Source of the DNA: Myxococcota bacterium
GTDB taxonomy: Bacteria; Myxococcota_A; UBA9042; PHBI01; JACKFB01
DNA: 64,000 nt
Assembly (NCBI GenBank): GCA_041389525.1
Contig: JAWKRR010000015.1
Coordinates: forward strand, 45,800-109,799
Direction: 5' to 3'
Below, piece by piece: positions 41,801 to 53,069 of this stretch. A program made the translations under genes and the position numbers. Each line of letters opens with the position of its first letter. Within the stretch, counting starts at the first letter, position 1. The notes below the pieces were generated by a model. That model saw nothing but the letters and a program-made list of their open reading frames with translations. It was not told the origin of the DNA and did not search any database.

Positions 41801-41922
41801 GGCTCGAAGGTACCGCCGCCTCCGACGACGCGCGAGAATTGGTCGGTGAGCGCGAGAGCCCTACGCCAGCGCCGGCTTGACAGTGCAAGGCTCCATGCTA
41901 CGGTGGCCGCCCTCTGGCGACG

Positions 41923-43134
41923 TTGGATTTGGAGGGCGCGGTGGCAGACAGCGACGAGACGACAGAGGGTGGAAAGCCCAAGGTCGATCCTGCAGATCTG
42001 AAGGCGCGTCTGGGCCTCCAGCGACGGACGAAGCGGCCCGAGCCGCCGAAGGTCAGCGACCCCGCGGCGCTGCCTGCGACCGCGTCGGCCGAGGAAATCG
42101 AACGTGCCCGGTCATTGGCCGAGCAGGCGGACGCTGAGGCCGGCACGCCGCTCGAGGCCTTCAATCCGCTGGGTCAGGAGCACACGCCGCTGCCGCAGCG
42201 CCTCCCCGGCGAGGATCTGAGCGCGTTCGACGTGCCGACCAAGGGCAAGCTGTCTCTCGGCCCGGTCCTAGTCGCGCTGGCCGCCGTGGTGCTGCTGGGG
42301 ATTCTGCTCGGCACGATCCTCGGCAAATCCCTCAGCGCTCGCGACAACCGCACGACCTACGCCGCGCTGACCAAGGACAAGCTGGCGTACTTCCAGAACG
42401 CGAAGACGGCGAGCGGTGAGCCGACGCTCAAGGCCATCACCGACATGAAGGACGCGCTGGACGCCGCGGTCGAGGCCATCGACGCGTTGGAGGCCGGCGG
42501 CGACATCTTGCAGATGGAGAAGCCGCTGCAGGATCTTGTGCCGAAGATGGCGCAGTTCCAGAAGGAGAGCGCCTTCATCAACCCTGAGGGGGTGATGGAG
42601 GACCTGATGGTGATCTACAGCGACGACGTGCTGCTGGAGGCGCTGCGGTTCTCCACGCGCACCAAGCAGCTCTTCGACACCATCTCGTATTCGGTGGACG
42701 AGGCGACGAGCCTGCTGCGCATGGCGCGGCCGTCGGGGTCGACCACGCGGACGATCTTGGTGGAGCGTTCCACGCAGGACGTCGAGGGAGTCGGCAAGAT
42801 CCCGGTGGCGAACGGTCGCTGGATCAAGGACACCGGCAAGCCCGCGCAGATCACGCTCAAGGACCCGAACAACCCCGCCAACGACCGCGCGGATTGGCAG
42901 ATGATGGTGCTGCCGACCGACGCGAAGTCGACGGATGAGGCGGTTCAGGTGCCGACCTCGGACGTGATGAGCCTGGACATCACCAGCGTCTACAATGAGC
43001 AGACGCAGGCCGTGCGGAAGATCACCGTGGGGCGACTGGCCGAGCTGGTCCGCAACGCGGACGCGGTCGCCGGCGCGGTCAACTGGGAGCCGCTCGAGAC
43101 GCGGCTCAAAGAGTGGGCAGCCAAGGCGGAGTAG
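41923..43134 (+). CDS. hypothetical single-pass membrane protein with charged disordered N-terminus
   Basis: One TM helix (LGPVLVALAAVVLLGILLGTILG) after an approximately 120-aa Lys/Glu/Pro-rich region. No family recognised. TTG start is uncertain. Confidence 0.4.
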   Translation: MDLEGAVADSDETTEGGKPKVDPADLKARLGLQRRTKRPEPPKVSDPAALPATASAEEIERARSLAEQADAEAGTPLEAFNPLGQEHTPLPQRLPGEDLSAFDVPTKGKLSLGPVLVALAAVVLLGILLGTILGKSLSARDNRTTYAALTKDKLAYFQNAKTASGEPTLKAITDMKDALDAAVEAIDALEAGGDILQMEKPLQDLVPKMAQFQKESAFINPEGVMEDLMVIYSDDVLLEALRFSTRTKQLFDTISYSVDEATSLLRMARPSGSTTRTILVERSTQDVEGVGKIPVANGRWIKDTGKPAQITLKDPNNPANDRADWQMMVLPTDAKSTDEAVQVPTSDVMSLDITSVYNEQTQAVRKITVGRLAELVRNADAVAGAVNWEPLETRLKEWAAKAE

Positions 43135-43176
43135 TCGGGCCCTGCGCAGCGCAGCCGCGCGCGTCCGCTACACGCC

Positions 43177-45222
43177 CTAAGCCTCGTCGGCCTTCACCAG
43201 CGCCTGGATGAAGGCCTTGAGCTGGCTGATCTTGAACGGCTTCGTCAGGCAGGGCCGGCGGACTCGGTCGAGGAAGGCTTGGCTGGCTTGGCCGATGGTG
43301 TCGCCTGTCATGAAGGCGAGGCGTTCCACCATGGCGGGCCAGCGCTCGACGAGGATCTCGTAGAAGTCGGCGCCGGTGAGGCCCGCGGGCAGGCGCAGGT
43401 CGGTCAGGATGGCGTCGAACTCGTCGGTCTGGAGGATGCGGACGGCCTCCTCGACGGTCTCGGCGGAGACGACGTCGCACCAGCGGGCCAAGGAGCGCGC
43501 GGTGAGCGAGAGGATCGCGGGCTCATCGTCGACCACCAGCAGGCGGGGCCGACCGTCGAACTGTATCGGCACGTCCACGGTCTCGCCGACGCCCGGGAGG
43601 GCTGGGAGGTCGACCTCGGCGCGCTTGGCCTCCGGGAGGCGGACGGTGAGGCGCGCGCCGGCGGTTGGGAGGTTCTCGGCGTAAAGCTCGCCCTCGTGCT
43701 CGTGGACGATGCCGTAGCAGATGCTGAGGCCCAGGCCCGTGCCCTTGCCGATGGGTTTGGTCGTGTAGAAGGGGTCGAACATGCGCGCCGGATCCGAGAT
43801 GCCGGGGCCGGTGTCGGTGACCTCGATCTTCTGGTAGCCGTCCTCGCGCGTGACGCGGATGGCGACGTGGTTGGCGCCGTCTCCCATGTGGGTCGCGTCG
43901 ACCGCGTTGTCGACGATGTTGGTCACGACCTGGGTCAGGGCGTGCTGAGAGCCGATGAGCGGCGGCAGGTCAGGCGGCACCTGAACCGAGAAGGTCACGT
44001 CGGCGGTCTTTCGCGGGGCGATGGCGGCCACGACCTCCTTGATGACCTGCGAGAGGTGGACGGCCTCGGGGCGGATGCGCTCGTGGTGGGCGAACTTGAG
44101 CAGGTCCTCGACGATGCGGCCGCAGCGACGCGAGTGGGTCAGCACCTGCTCGACGGAGGCCCGGTGGTGGGCGGGCAGCGGGGCGGTCTCGAAGAGGAGC
44201 TCCGCGTAGCCGATGACCACGGTCAGGGGGTTGTTGAGCTCGTGGGCGATGCCGGCGACGAACTGGCCGACCGCCGAGAGCTTCTCAGCCTGTTGGACGC
44301 GGCTGGCGAGCTGCTGCCGCTCCTCTTCGAGCGCCAGCTCGCGGGTGCGGTCGCGGACGATGAGGACCCACCCGGAGAGGCGATCGCCGCCGTCGAGCAG
44401 GGGCGTGGCCAGGATGCGCGAGGCGATGGGGCCCTCGTGGCCGAGCACGTGGACCTCCACGGCGTCGCCCCGGGCTTGGAGGCGGGCGCTGAGGTGCTCC
44501 TCGACGACGCGGCGATCCTCGGGCGCGATGGAGTCCAGCATCAGGCCGCCAGGCTTGGCGCGCCCGCCGGTGACGTCGGAGAGCGGGCCGTTGACGTGCT
44601 GAAAGCGGCCGTCGTAGTCGACCAGCGCCATGCCGAGCTCGGCGCGCTCGACCAGGGTCAGGTAGGTCTGCTCCGACGTGCGAACCGAGTCGTGGAGGCG
44701 GGCGTTCTCGAGCAGCATCGCGCCCTGGGACGCGATGACCGCGAAGATGGGGGCGAGCGCGTCGATGCGGTCCGGGTCGAGGTCGCAGAGGGTGACCAGG
44801 CGGAAGACCGGCGGGGGCGCGCCCTCGAAGGCGCTGGCGTGGCGCTCGACCGAGAGCGGCAGCAGGTGCAGGACCGTGTCCGGTGGGGCGGAGACGGCGA
44901 GGGCGGAGGGCGGGACCGTGACGGGCTGCGCGAGGGAGAGGGCGCGCAGGACGGCGGGGTCGGCGAGCCAGTCGTGGGGCGCGAAGTCGGAGGCGCTGAG
45001 TCCGCGGGCGGCGAGGAGGCCTGGGACGGCGTCGGTGGCGGTGACGACGAGGATGGCCGTGGCCCGCGCGCCGAGGGCGGCGTCGGCCAAGGCGCAGAGG
45101 GACGCGGCCACCTCCGCCGGACCCGCGGGGTCGATCAGGCGTGCCCGCGCGAGGTCGTCGAAGCCGGCGCGCATCGTCTCCAACGCGGTGGCCGGGTGGG
45201 TCTGGGATGACGAGGTGCTCAT
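43177..45222 (-). CDS. cytoplasmic hybrid sensor histidine kinase (GAF-PAS-HisKA-HATPase-REC)
   Basis: H-box VAGIAHELNNPLTVVIGYAELL. HATPase G-boxes (GTGLGLSICYGIVHEHEG). C-terminal receiver domain (LLVVDDEPAIL...DAILTDLRLP). The true start is the internal ATG (MSTSSSQTHP); the 916-aa ORF-track version is a read-through artefact. Confidence 0.85.
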   Translation of the reverse strand: MSTSSSQTHPATALETMRAGFDDLARARLIDPAGPAEVAASLCALADAALGARATAILVVTATDAVPGLLAARGLSASDFAPHDWLADPAVLRALSLAQPVTVPPSALAVSAPPDTVLHLLPLSVERHASAFEGAPPPVFRLVTLCDLDPDRIDALAPIFAVIASQGAMLLENARLHDSVRTSEQTYLTLVERAELGMALVDYDGRFQHVNGPLSDVTGGRAKPGGLMLDSIAPEDRRVVEEHLSARLQARGDAVEVHVLGHEGPIASRILATPLLDGGDRLSGWVLIVRDRTRELALEEERQQLASRVQQAEKLSAVGQFVAGIAHELNNPLTVVIGYAELLFETAPLPAHHRASVEQVLTHSRRCGRIVEDLLKFAHHERIRPEAVHLSQVIKEVVAAIAPRKTADVTFSVQVPPDLPPLIGSQHALTQVVTNIVDNAVDATHMGDGANHVAIRVTREDGYQKIEVTDTGPGISDPARMFDPFYTTKPIGKGTGLGLSICYGIVHEHEGELYAENLPTAGARLTVRLPEAKRAEVDLPALPGVGETVDVPIQFDGRPRLLVVDDEPAILSLTARSLARWCDVVSAETVEEAVRILQTDEFDAILTDLRLPAGLTGADFYEILVERWPAMVERLAFMTGDTIGQASQAFLDRVRRPCLTKPFKISQLKAFIQALVKADEA

Positions 45223-45927
45223 GGGTGGGCCTCGGAGTGGTCTGGCGGCGGGCTTGGTGCGGTCTGGCGCAGCTTGGGGATCGCGACCATCAGCCAAAGC
45301 CAGAGGATGAACACCAGCGGCAGGACAGCGCTCGGTGGCATGTCGTGGGACAGCAAGATGTAGTCGTAGAGGCCGTGATAGACGAAGGAGAGGATCAGGC
45401 CGATCCCCAGCCAGAAGGCTCGGCGGCTCTCGCGGGTGTAGTAGAGCGAGAGGCCGACCTCCAGAAGCTCGAGAAGTATACGTGGTTGAAGGGCAGGGTG
45501 ACCGCCTGGGTGCCAGACGACCTCGTCGGTGTCGATCATGTAGTACCAGTTCTCGATGGTGGCGAAACCCAGGGCAGCGGCGGCGGCGGTAGACGACACC
45601 CGTAGGCCGGGTTGACCTCCTAGAGCAGCGCAGCGAGCTAAGACAGCGTGAACTTCGCCATCTCCTCGACCGGGCCGATGGCGAAGATGCTGAACGCGAA
45701 CTTCGAGCCTCGCTGGACCTGTCGATGGCGAGGCCCGCGTAAAAGCGGGCTGAACGAAGGGAACGCGAAGAACGTGAGCGCGAGGGCCCGGCCAGCGTCG
45801 CTGAGGAAGAACGATGACGGGCGTATAGCGGCGCGGCCCCGGAGTGGGCGCGGTAGTACCAGTAGGCGAGCCAGGAGATGCCGGGCGCGAAGCTGGCGAG
45901 GAAGATGCTGAGGATCGACGGGCTCAC
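45219..45927 (-). pseudogene. PrsW-family intramembrane protease gene split over three reading frames (two frameshifts)
   Basis: Four PrsW-family motifs are present, in B. subtilis order but in different frames. MSPSILSIFLASFAPGISWLAYWYYR is in the frame of the 916-aa ORF. ...GPVEEMAKF (the EExxK motif) is in the frame of ORF 45638-46561. GFATIENWYYM and VYHGLYDYILL are in ORF 45219-45599. Total length (about 236 aa) fits the family. Confidence 0.55.
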
Positions 45928-45929
45928 GG

Positions 45930-46927
45930 GGCTCGCGTGGCGAGTGATCAGAGGAGCGGGGCCACTGGCGGCGGCGAAGAGGCTGAAGAGGCCTGGTGTG
46001 GACGAAGAGTACGCGCGGCCCCAAGGCGCCGGTGGGTGCGAGCTCGACCACGGCGCGGAAGGCTTTGAGGGTGTAGACGGGGTCGAGGACCAGGCCGTCG
46101 AGGCGGGCCGTGTCGCGCAGCAAGGCGAGCTCGTCGGAGGTCGACAGCGCGTAGCCGCGACCCTGAAATCCCTCGATGATGTCGAGGTCTTCGGCCCGCG
46201 GCGGCGCGAGTCCGAAGTGCTGCTGGGCGTCGGCCGCGATCTGCGCGGCGATGCCCAGGAAGGTGGGGCGATCGTCGCAGACCGCGATCCCTACGGTGCG
46301 GACTGGGAGATCGAGGGCACGAAAGCCCAGCGCGAGGCCGGCGACCGTGCCGCCGGAGCCGGTGGCGACCACCACCGCGGAGGGGAGGGCGCCCGCGCAC
46401 TGCTCGGCGATCTCGGCGGCCGCGTGGACGTAGCCCAGGGCGCCAAGCGCGTTGGAGCCGCCCTCGGGCACGATGAACGGGCGGTTTCGGAGGCGGCGCG
46501 GATGGCCGCCGCGATCGCGTCCATCCGCCGCTCGCGGTCGCGATATCCGGCTGGATCGCACAGGTGAATCGTCGCGCCCGCGAGGCGATCGAGCAGCACG
46601 TTCCCGGTCGGCGGCAGCCTGAGGCGACGCCCGTGGGCGTGCGCAGCAGGAGCACCGGCTGCATGCCGAGCTGGGCGGCGGCCAAGGCCGTCGCGCGGCA
46701 GTGATTCGACTGCACGCCGCCGCAGGTCACGACGTGGGTGGCGCCGTCGGCAACCGCCCGCGCCAGCAAGAACTCCAGCTTGCGGATCTTGTTGCCGCTG
46801 AGGTGGCTGCCCGTGAGGTCGTCGCGCTTCTAATCGACACCTCGCAGCCCAGCGCCTCCGTGAGGCGTGGCATCCGCTGGATCGGCGTGGGCAAATGGGC
46901 TAGCGGCAGGCGTTCGGGCAGCGTCAT
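45930..46927 (-). pseudogene. ACC deaminase / D-cysteine desulfhydrase family (PLP-dependent) gene disrupted by at least three frameshifts
   Basis: The N-terminus MTLPERLPLAHLPTPIQRMPRLTEALGCEV is in ORF 46727-46927. [62 protein letters not shown] is in a second frame, preceded by [33 protein letters not shown]...[18 protein letters not shown]...[10 protein letters not shown] is in a third frame. Confidence 0.55.
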
Positions 46928-47089
46928 CCGGCCATGCTAGCGCCATTGTCCGCGCGTTGCACCGGTGCCTGAAGCCGCGCCTGGCAAGCGCTTGCCCTGT
47001 CGCGAGGGTGCTGGAGTGCCGCCGGGCCTCGCGCTCCTTGCCTGGCGCGGCGCGCGCGATAGTCAGGGGCGCCTTCTACGGGGAGCGGT

Positions 47090-48424
47090 TTGATGGCTCA
47101 GGTTCAGGCGCGTGTGCTCAAGGGATTCAGGGACTATCTGCCTGAAGCCGACATCCCGCGGCAGGCCATGCTGCGAAAGGTCGTGGCGGTCTTCGAGTCC
47201 TTCGGGTTCGGTCCGCTGACGACGCCGGCGCTCGAGTACGCCGACATCCTCACGGGCAAGTATGGCGAGGAGGGCGACCAGCTGCTCTACCGCTTCGCCG
47301 ACAACGGCGGCCGCGACGTGGCGCTGCGCTACGACCTGACGGTGCCGCTGGCCCGCGTGGTGGCGCAGCATCGCTCGCTGGATATGCCCTTTCGTCGCTA
47401 CCAGGTCGCGCCGGTGTGGCGCGCTGAGAAGCCTGGCCGCGGGCGATTCCGCGAGTTCCTCCAGTGCGACGTCGACATCGTGGGCGAGGCGAGCGTGCGC
47501 GCCGACGCCGAGTGCATGATGGTCGGTCTGGAGGTCCTCGAGGCCCTCGGCGTGCCGGGCTTCGTGATGCGCGTGAACAACCGGAAGATCCTCGACGGCC
47601 TGCTGGACCGCATCGGCGTCGAGGGCCGCGAGCGCCGCCACGCCGTGCTCCGCGTGATGGACAAGCTGCCGAAGATCGGGCGCGAGGGCGTCGAGGCCGA
47701 GCTCAGCGCCGAGGTCGGGCTGGCCTCCGAGGCGCAGACCTTGCTCTTCGAGGTGCTGGGGCGCCCGGTCGTCGGGAGCGCGGGCGTTCGCGAGCTGGCG
47801 GACACGGTCGGCGGCACCGAGGCCGGCCGACAAGGCATCGCCGAGCTGTGCGAGTTGCTGGACATCGTGAGCGCGGCGGGTCGCGGCGACCACGTCGAGG
47901 TGGACCTGAGCATCGCGCGTGGCCTGGACTACTACACCGGCACCATCTACGAGACCTTCGTGCGCGGTCGCGAGGAGTTCGGCAGCGTCATGTCTGGCGG
48001 GCGCTACGACACCCTGCTCGGGATGTTCCTGCGCGACTCGATCCCGGCGGTCGGCATCAGCTTGGGCATCGACCGGCTGGTGAGCCTGCTGACCGATCTC
48101 GAGCTGGTGTCCTCCCGAGGGAGCACCGCTGACGTGTACATCGCGGTGCTCGACGATGAGGGCTACGGGGGGATGGTCGAGGCGGCCATGGCCCTGCGGC
48201 GCGCGGGGCTGGGGGCCGAGATGTCGCTGGTCTCGGGAAAGCTCGGCAAGCAGTTCCGAGCGGCCGAGAAGAAGGGCTACCGTTTCGTGGTCCTGCAGGG
48301 CCCCGACGAGCGTGCGGCCGGCAAATTGGCGCTCAAGGACCTTCAGACGGGCGAGCAGGCGACCGTCACCGCGGAAGAGGCGGTGACGCGCGTGCGTTCC
48401 GCCCAGACCGAGGCCGCGAAGTAG
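47090..48424 (+). CDS. hisS: histidyl-tRNA synthetase
   Basis: 444 aa class II aaRS. LKGFRDYLPE...LRYDLTVPLAR...RRYQVAPVWRAEKPGRGRFREFLQCDVD matches HisS motifs. Confidence 0.95.
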   Translation: MMAQVQARVLKGFRDYLPEADIPRQAMLRKVVAVFESFGFGPLTTPALEYADILTGKYGEEGDQLLYRFADNGGRDVALRYDLTVPLARVVAQHRSLDMPFRRYQVAPVWRAEKPGRGRFREFLQCDVDIVGEASVRADAECMMVGLEVLEALGVPGFVMRVNNRKILDGLLDRIGVEGRERRHAVLRVMDKLPKIGREGVEAELSAEVGLASEAQTLLFEVLGRPVVGSAGVRELADTVGGTEAGRQGIAELCELLDIVSAAGRGDHVEVDLSIARGLDYYTGTIYETFVRGREEFGSVMSGGRYDTLLGMFLRDSIPAVGISLGIDRLVSLLTDLELVSSRGSTADVYIAVLDDEGYGGMVEAAMALRRAGLGAEMSLVSGKLGKQFRAAEKKGYRFVVLQGPDERAAGKLALKDLQTGEQATVTAEEAVTRVRSAQTEAAK

Positions 48425-48448
48425 GTCCCGGCTCGTGACCGACGTGGT

Positions 48449-49681
48449 GTGGTGCGGCATCCTTGGCAGCCCACCCCCGGCCCGTCGGGACCCACGCCCA
48501 GACCGCCAGGAGCTCTGTTGAGGCCAGACCACGCACCAAACTCGCAGAGTTCAGCGCGCGTGGGGCGCTGCGCCGCCGTGCTCGGTCTGCTCGCGGTGTG
48601 GGCGCTCGCCGGCTGCGCGAGCGGGCGCGGCGTGGTCGCAATGGACGCCATGCACCTCGCGGCTATCGACGTCGACGGGACGCGGCGGGTCGAGGTGCTG
48701 GACCCGGAGGTGCTGTTCCGAGAGGGCGGCCAGGCCTTCGAGGCCGAGGAGTTCCTCACCGCGGCGCGCCGCTACGCGCTCATCGTCGAGCACTTCCCCG
48801 ACAGCCGCTTTGGCGACGTGGCCCGCTTTAACGCGGGGCTCTCCTTCGCCAAAGCCGGGCGGTGTGCCGACGGCTTGCCCTTCCTGGAGTCGGCCGCTGA
48901 GCGCACCGCCGGCTCGAAAGACGCCCACGACGCCCTCTTTCAGACCGCGGTGTGTCACGAGACGCTTGGGCGATGGGACGCCGCGATCGCGGTGCTCGAC
49001 CGGATCTTGCGACCGGAACATGCGGGCATCGTGACGGCCGACCGCATCGAGGCCCTGACCCGCCGCGGGCAAGCGCAGCAGCAGCTTGGCGACCTGGCCG
49101 TGGCTGAGCGCGACTACACTGAGGCGCTGCGGGAGTACCGGCACCACCTCGACGATCGCTCGCTGGTCGCCAACTACTACGTCTCACAGGCCCAATTTCA
49201 GATCGGCGAGATCTATCGCGAGCTCTTCCGGGCGATCCGCTTTCGGCTGCCCCTGGACAGCATGGCGCGGGACCTGGAGGACAAGTCGAACCTCTTCCTG
49301 AAGGCCCAGAACGCCTACCTCAAGACGTTGCGGCTGCAGCACCCCCGCGTGGCGGTCGTCAGCGGCTACCGCCTGGGCTCGCTCTACGAGTCGATGCATG
49401 ACGACATGATGGCCGCCGAGGTCCCCGGCGACCTGTCGCGCGAAGAGATCGACATCTACTACGAGGAGCTTCGCAAGCACGTGCGCCCGCTCATCGTGCG
49501 CGCCATCGACATTTACGAGCGCAACGTGCAGCTCGGCCGCCGAATGGGGGGCGCCGGGGACGAGTGGGTGCGGAAGACCGAGGCCAGCCTGGCTCGACTT
49601 CGGGAGATCCTCGGGGAGAACGCCAGCCGCGAGGCCCTAGCCAGGGTCCGCGAGTCGACCGCGAGCCCCGACGAGCCCTGA
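48449..49681 (+). CDS. hypothetical lipoprotein with TPR-like helical repeats
   Basis: Lipoprotein signal (AAVLGLLAVWALAGC). Helical-repeat body. The in-frame GTG at about 48560 is an alternative start that removes a Pro-rich leader. Confidence 0.5.
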   Translation: MVRHPWQPTPGPSGPTPRPPGALLRPDHAPNSQSSARVGRCAAVLGLLAVWALAGCASGRGVVAMDAMHLAAIDVDGTRRVEVLDPEVLFREGGQAFEAEEFLTAARRYALIVEHFPDSRFGDVARFNAGLSFAKAGRCADGLPFLESAAERTAGSKDAHDALFQTAVCHETLGRWDAAIAVLDRILRPEHAGIVTADRIEALTRRGQAQQQLGDLAVAERDYTEALREYRHHLDDRSLVANYYVSQAQFQIGEIYRELFRAIRFRLPLDSMARDLEDKSNLFLKAQNAYLKTLRLQHPRVAVVSGYRLGSLYESMHDDMMAAEVPGDLSREEIDIYYEELRKHVRPLIVRAIDIYERNVQLGRRMGGAGDEWVRKTEASLARLREILGENASREALARVRESTASPDEP

Positions 49682-49693
49682 GCGGGTCGCAGG

Positions 49694-49727
49694 GTCCGCG
49701 GGGATCCGGCGACCGGCACCCCGCGAA
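49694..49727. terminator. hairpin CGCGGGG-N15-CCCCGCG between convergent genes
   Basis: 7-bp GC stem whose loop contains the CCGG-cga-CCGG palindrome. Lies between the stops of the lipoprotein (+) and ppiD-like (-) genes. Confidence 0.3.
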
Positions 49728-49753
49728 CTCTCCATGCGCGTCAGCTCGGCTGA

Positions 49754-51796
49754 CTACTCGGCGGCGGGCGCGGCCGCGGGGGCCTCGCCTTCGACGGGGA
49801 CCGCGGGCACGCCCTCGGCGCCCGGCAGCACGCCGCCGGCGTCGCGGAAGGCGTCCAGGTCCTGCTTGACCCGGTCGCGCCACGCCTCGGTGAACTCGAT
49901 GTCGCCCGCGTCGGCGCTCTTGCGAAGCAGCTCGTCGTACCAGCCGCGGTAGAAGAGCTTCTGCTTCTCGCGCAAGAGCTGGTCGCGGACGCCCGCGCCG
50001 TCCTCGTCAGTGGCCTCCTCGCGGCCGGCGAGCCGGGCGACGACGAGCTTCTTGCCGCCGTCGACCGAGTACACCTTGGCGAGCACGGGGGACTCCGTGG
50101 TCGCGGCGAAGGCGGCGCGCGCGAGATCCTCTGCGGCGCCCAGGCCGGGGACCTGTCCGGCCTCGGCGGCGGCCCCGAGGGCGCCGGCGGGGAGACGCGC
50201 GAACATGCCGGTCGAGCGCATGGACAGGCCGCCGTCCTCGGCGCCGTGGGCGGCGTTCACCGCGTCCGCGACATCTTCCAGGGACTTGGCGGTGTCGGCC
50301 TTCGCGGCAGCGAGGACCTCGTCGGCGATGGCCTGCTGCGACTCGGCGGCCTTCTCGGCGCGGTACAGCTTCTCGGTGATCTCCATCCGGACATCGGCGA
50401 GGCCCTTCGACTCCGCGGCCAGGCGCGAGTCGACGCGGAGAATCCAGAAGCCGCTGTCGACCTCGATGACGCCCGAGATCTGGCCCGGCTGCAGCGCGAA
50501 GACCGCGTCGGCGGCCTCGGTGCCAAACGGCCAGCGGCCCATCTCGTCCTTGGTCCGCGGCTCGGGGAAGAGGCCTCCGTCTTCCTTGGTGGCGGCGTGG
50601 TCACTGTAGGTGGTCGCGGCGGCCTCAAAGGCCTCGACGGCGACGGTGCCCTCCACCGGGGCGGCGGGGGCCACGGCGACCGGGGCGGGAGCGGCGGCAG
50701 GAGCCTCCTCGCCCTCCGCACCTTCGACCGCCTCGCCCTCGGCGACCGCGGGGGCCTCGCCCTCGGGCGCGGCGGCAGGCTGCTCAGCGGGGACCGGCGG
50801 CGCAGGCGCAGGCGCAGCCGGCGCGGCGGCCTTCAGCTCGCCCAGGGCGGTCTCCGCCTTGGCTCGCGCGTCGTCGCGCTCCTTCTGAAGCTCGGCCTTC
50901 TTGGTCTCGTCGGTCTCGCGCTCGATGACGGCGCGGTTGGTCGCCTTCACCTGAATGCCGCGCACCACCACGCGCTCGGCCTTGTTGTACTCGGCCGAGT
51001 GCTCGTCATAGTAGGCGCTGACCTTGTCCTGGTTGGCCGCAAGCCACGGGGCGAGGATCTCGTCGGACACGGCGACCAGCGGGGCGGCGGCGGCCGCATC
51101 GACGACCACCAGCTCGAGATCCACCTTTTCGCCGCTGGCTTTGCGGTGAAATGCGAGCTCAGCGTCGGAGACGCCCACACCGGCGACCAGGACCGAGATG
51201 AGCTTCTCGCGCAGCATCTCGTCGCGCAGGAAGCCCTCGAAGCGGGCCGGGCTGGTCCCGAGCTGGAAGCGCACGAAGCTCTCGTAGCGCTCGCGGAGGA
51301 ACTCGCCTGTCTTGGGATCGAACCAGCCGTCGTCGGCGAGGAGGCGCTCGCTGAGCTCTTGGTCGCTGACCGAGAGGCCGGCCGCGCGCGCCTCGGCGGC
51401 CACCAGCAGCGTCTCGGCGAGGTCGTACATGACCTTCTCGGACTTGATGGGGCTGACCCGCTGCGCGTCCTGAGTGAAGTCACCGAACGCCATCGGGACG
51501 CCCAGCTGCGGGAAGCGCGTCGAGTAGTAGGCGAAACGGCGCTGGAGCGCGCGGAAGTCGTTGGCGGTCGGCGCGGGCGGGTCGACGGTCACGGCCTCGG
51601 CCATGTTGAAGAGGGAGGCGTCGATCACCGCGCCGTGGACCTCTGCAAACTCAGCCGTCAGCGCGGCCGGACCGCGGGAACCGCAGGCCTCGCCGGGGGT
51701 GATCGTGTTGAACGTGAACACGAACACGACAATGATGATCGAGAAGAGCAGGTAGATGATGAACGAGCGCGTGTTGCTGCGCAGAATGTCGAGCAT
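49754..51796 (-). CDS. PpiD-like periplasmic folding chaperone (N-terminal membrane anchor, SurA_N-like domain, Ala/Pro/Glu-rich linker)
   Basis: N-terminus MLDILRSNTRSFIIYLLFSIIIVVFVF resembles the PpiD anchor. SurA-N-like chaperone region. Long AAPAPAPP/EGEA low-complexity segment. Confidence 0.6.
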   Translation of the reverse strand: MLDILRSNTRSFIIYLLFSIIIVVFVFTFNTITPGEACGSRGPAALTAEFAEVHGAVIDASLFNMAEAVTVDPPAPTANDFRALQRRFAYYSTRFPQLGVPMAFGDFTQDAQRVSPIKSEKVMYDLAETLLVAAEARAAGLSVSDQELSERLLADDGWFDPKTGEFLRERYESFVRFQLGTSPARFEGFLRDEMLREKLISVLVAGVGVSDAELAFHRKASGEKVDLELVVVDAAAAAPLVAVSDEILAPWLAANQDKVSAYYDEHSAEYNKAERVVVRGIQVKATNRAVIERETDETKKAELQKERDDARAKAETALGELKAAAPAAPAPAPPVPAEQPAAAPEGEAPAVAEGEAVEGAEGEEAPAAAPAPVAVAPAAPVEGTVAVEAFEAAATTYSDHAATKEDGGLFPEPRTKDEMGRWPFGTEAADAVFALQPGQISGVIEVDSGFWILRVDSRLAAESKGLADVRMEITEKLYRAEKAAESQQAIADEVLAAAKADTAKSLEDVADAVNAAHGAEDGGLSMRSTGMFARLPAGALGAAAEAGQVPGLGAAEDLARAAFAATTESPVLAKVYSVDGGKKLVVARLAGREEATDEDGAGVRDQLLREKQKLFYRGWYDELLRKSADAGDIEFTEAWRDRVKQDLDAFRDAGGVLPGAEGVPAVPVEGEAPAAAPAAE

Positions 51797-51994
51797 GGTG
51801 AGCTACCTGCTTGAAATGATTGGCTTTCCGGCCGGTCCGCCGAGGGAGCGGGATGCTAGCTCAGCGCCGGCCTGTACGTCAACAACGACGGGAGTTTCCA
51901 GCGGCTTGGTGGCTTCCCGTGGCCAGCGCGCCCGCGATGTAGCGTCACCGCGTGCTTTCTGCTAGATGAGCGCTCGCTTCGGCCCTGGAAATGA

Positions 51995-53029
<1,035 letters not shown>

Positions 53030-53069
53030 CAGTCGCGGCACGCGCGGCCAACACCCACCGAGCAGCCTT

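Noticed and set aside
45223-45927. 235-codon N-terminal extension of the hybrid histidine kinase ORF
   Set aside because: The extension reads Ser/Arg-rich junk. Its first 30 codons actually belong to the PrsW-like pseudogene in that frame. The kinase starts at the ATG giving MSTSSSQTHP.
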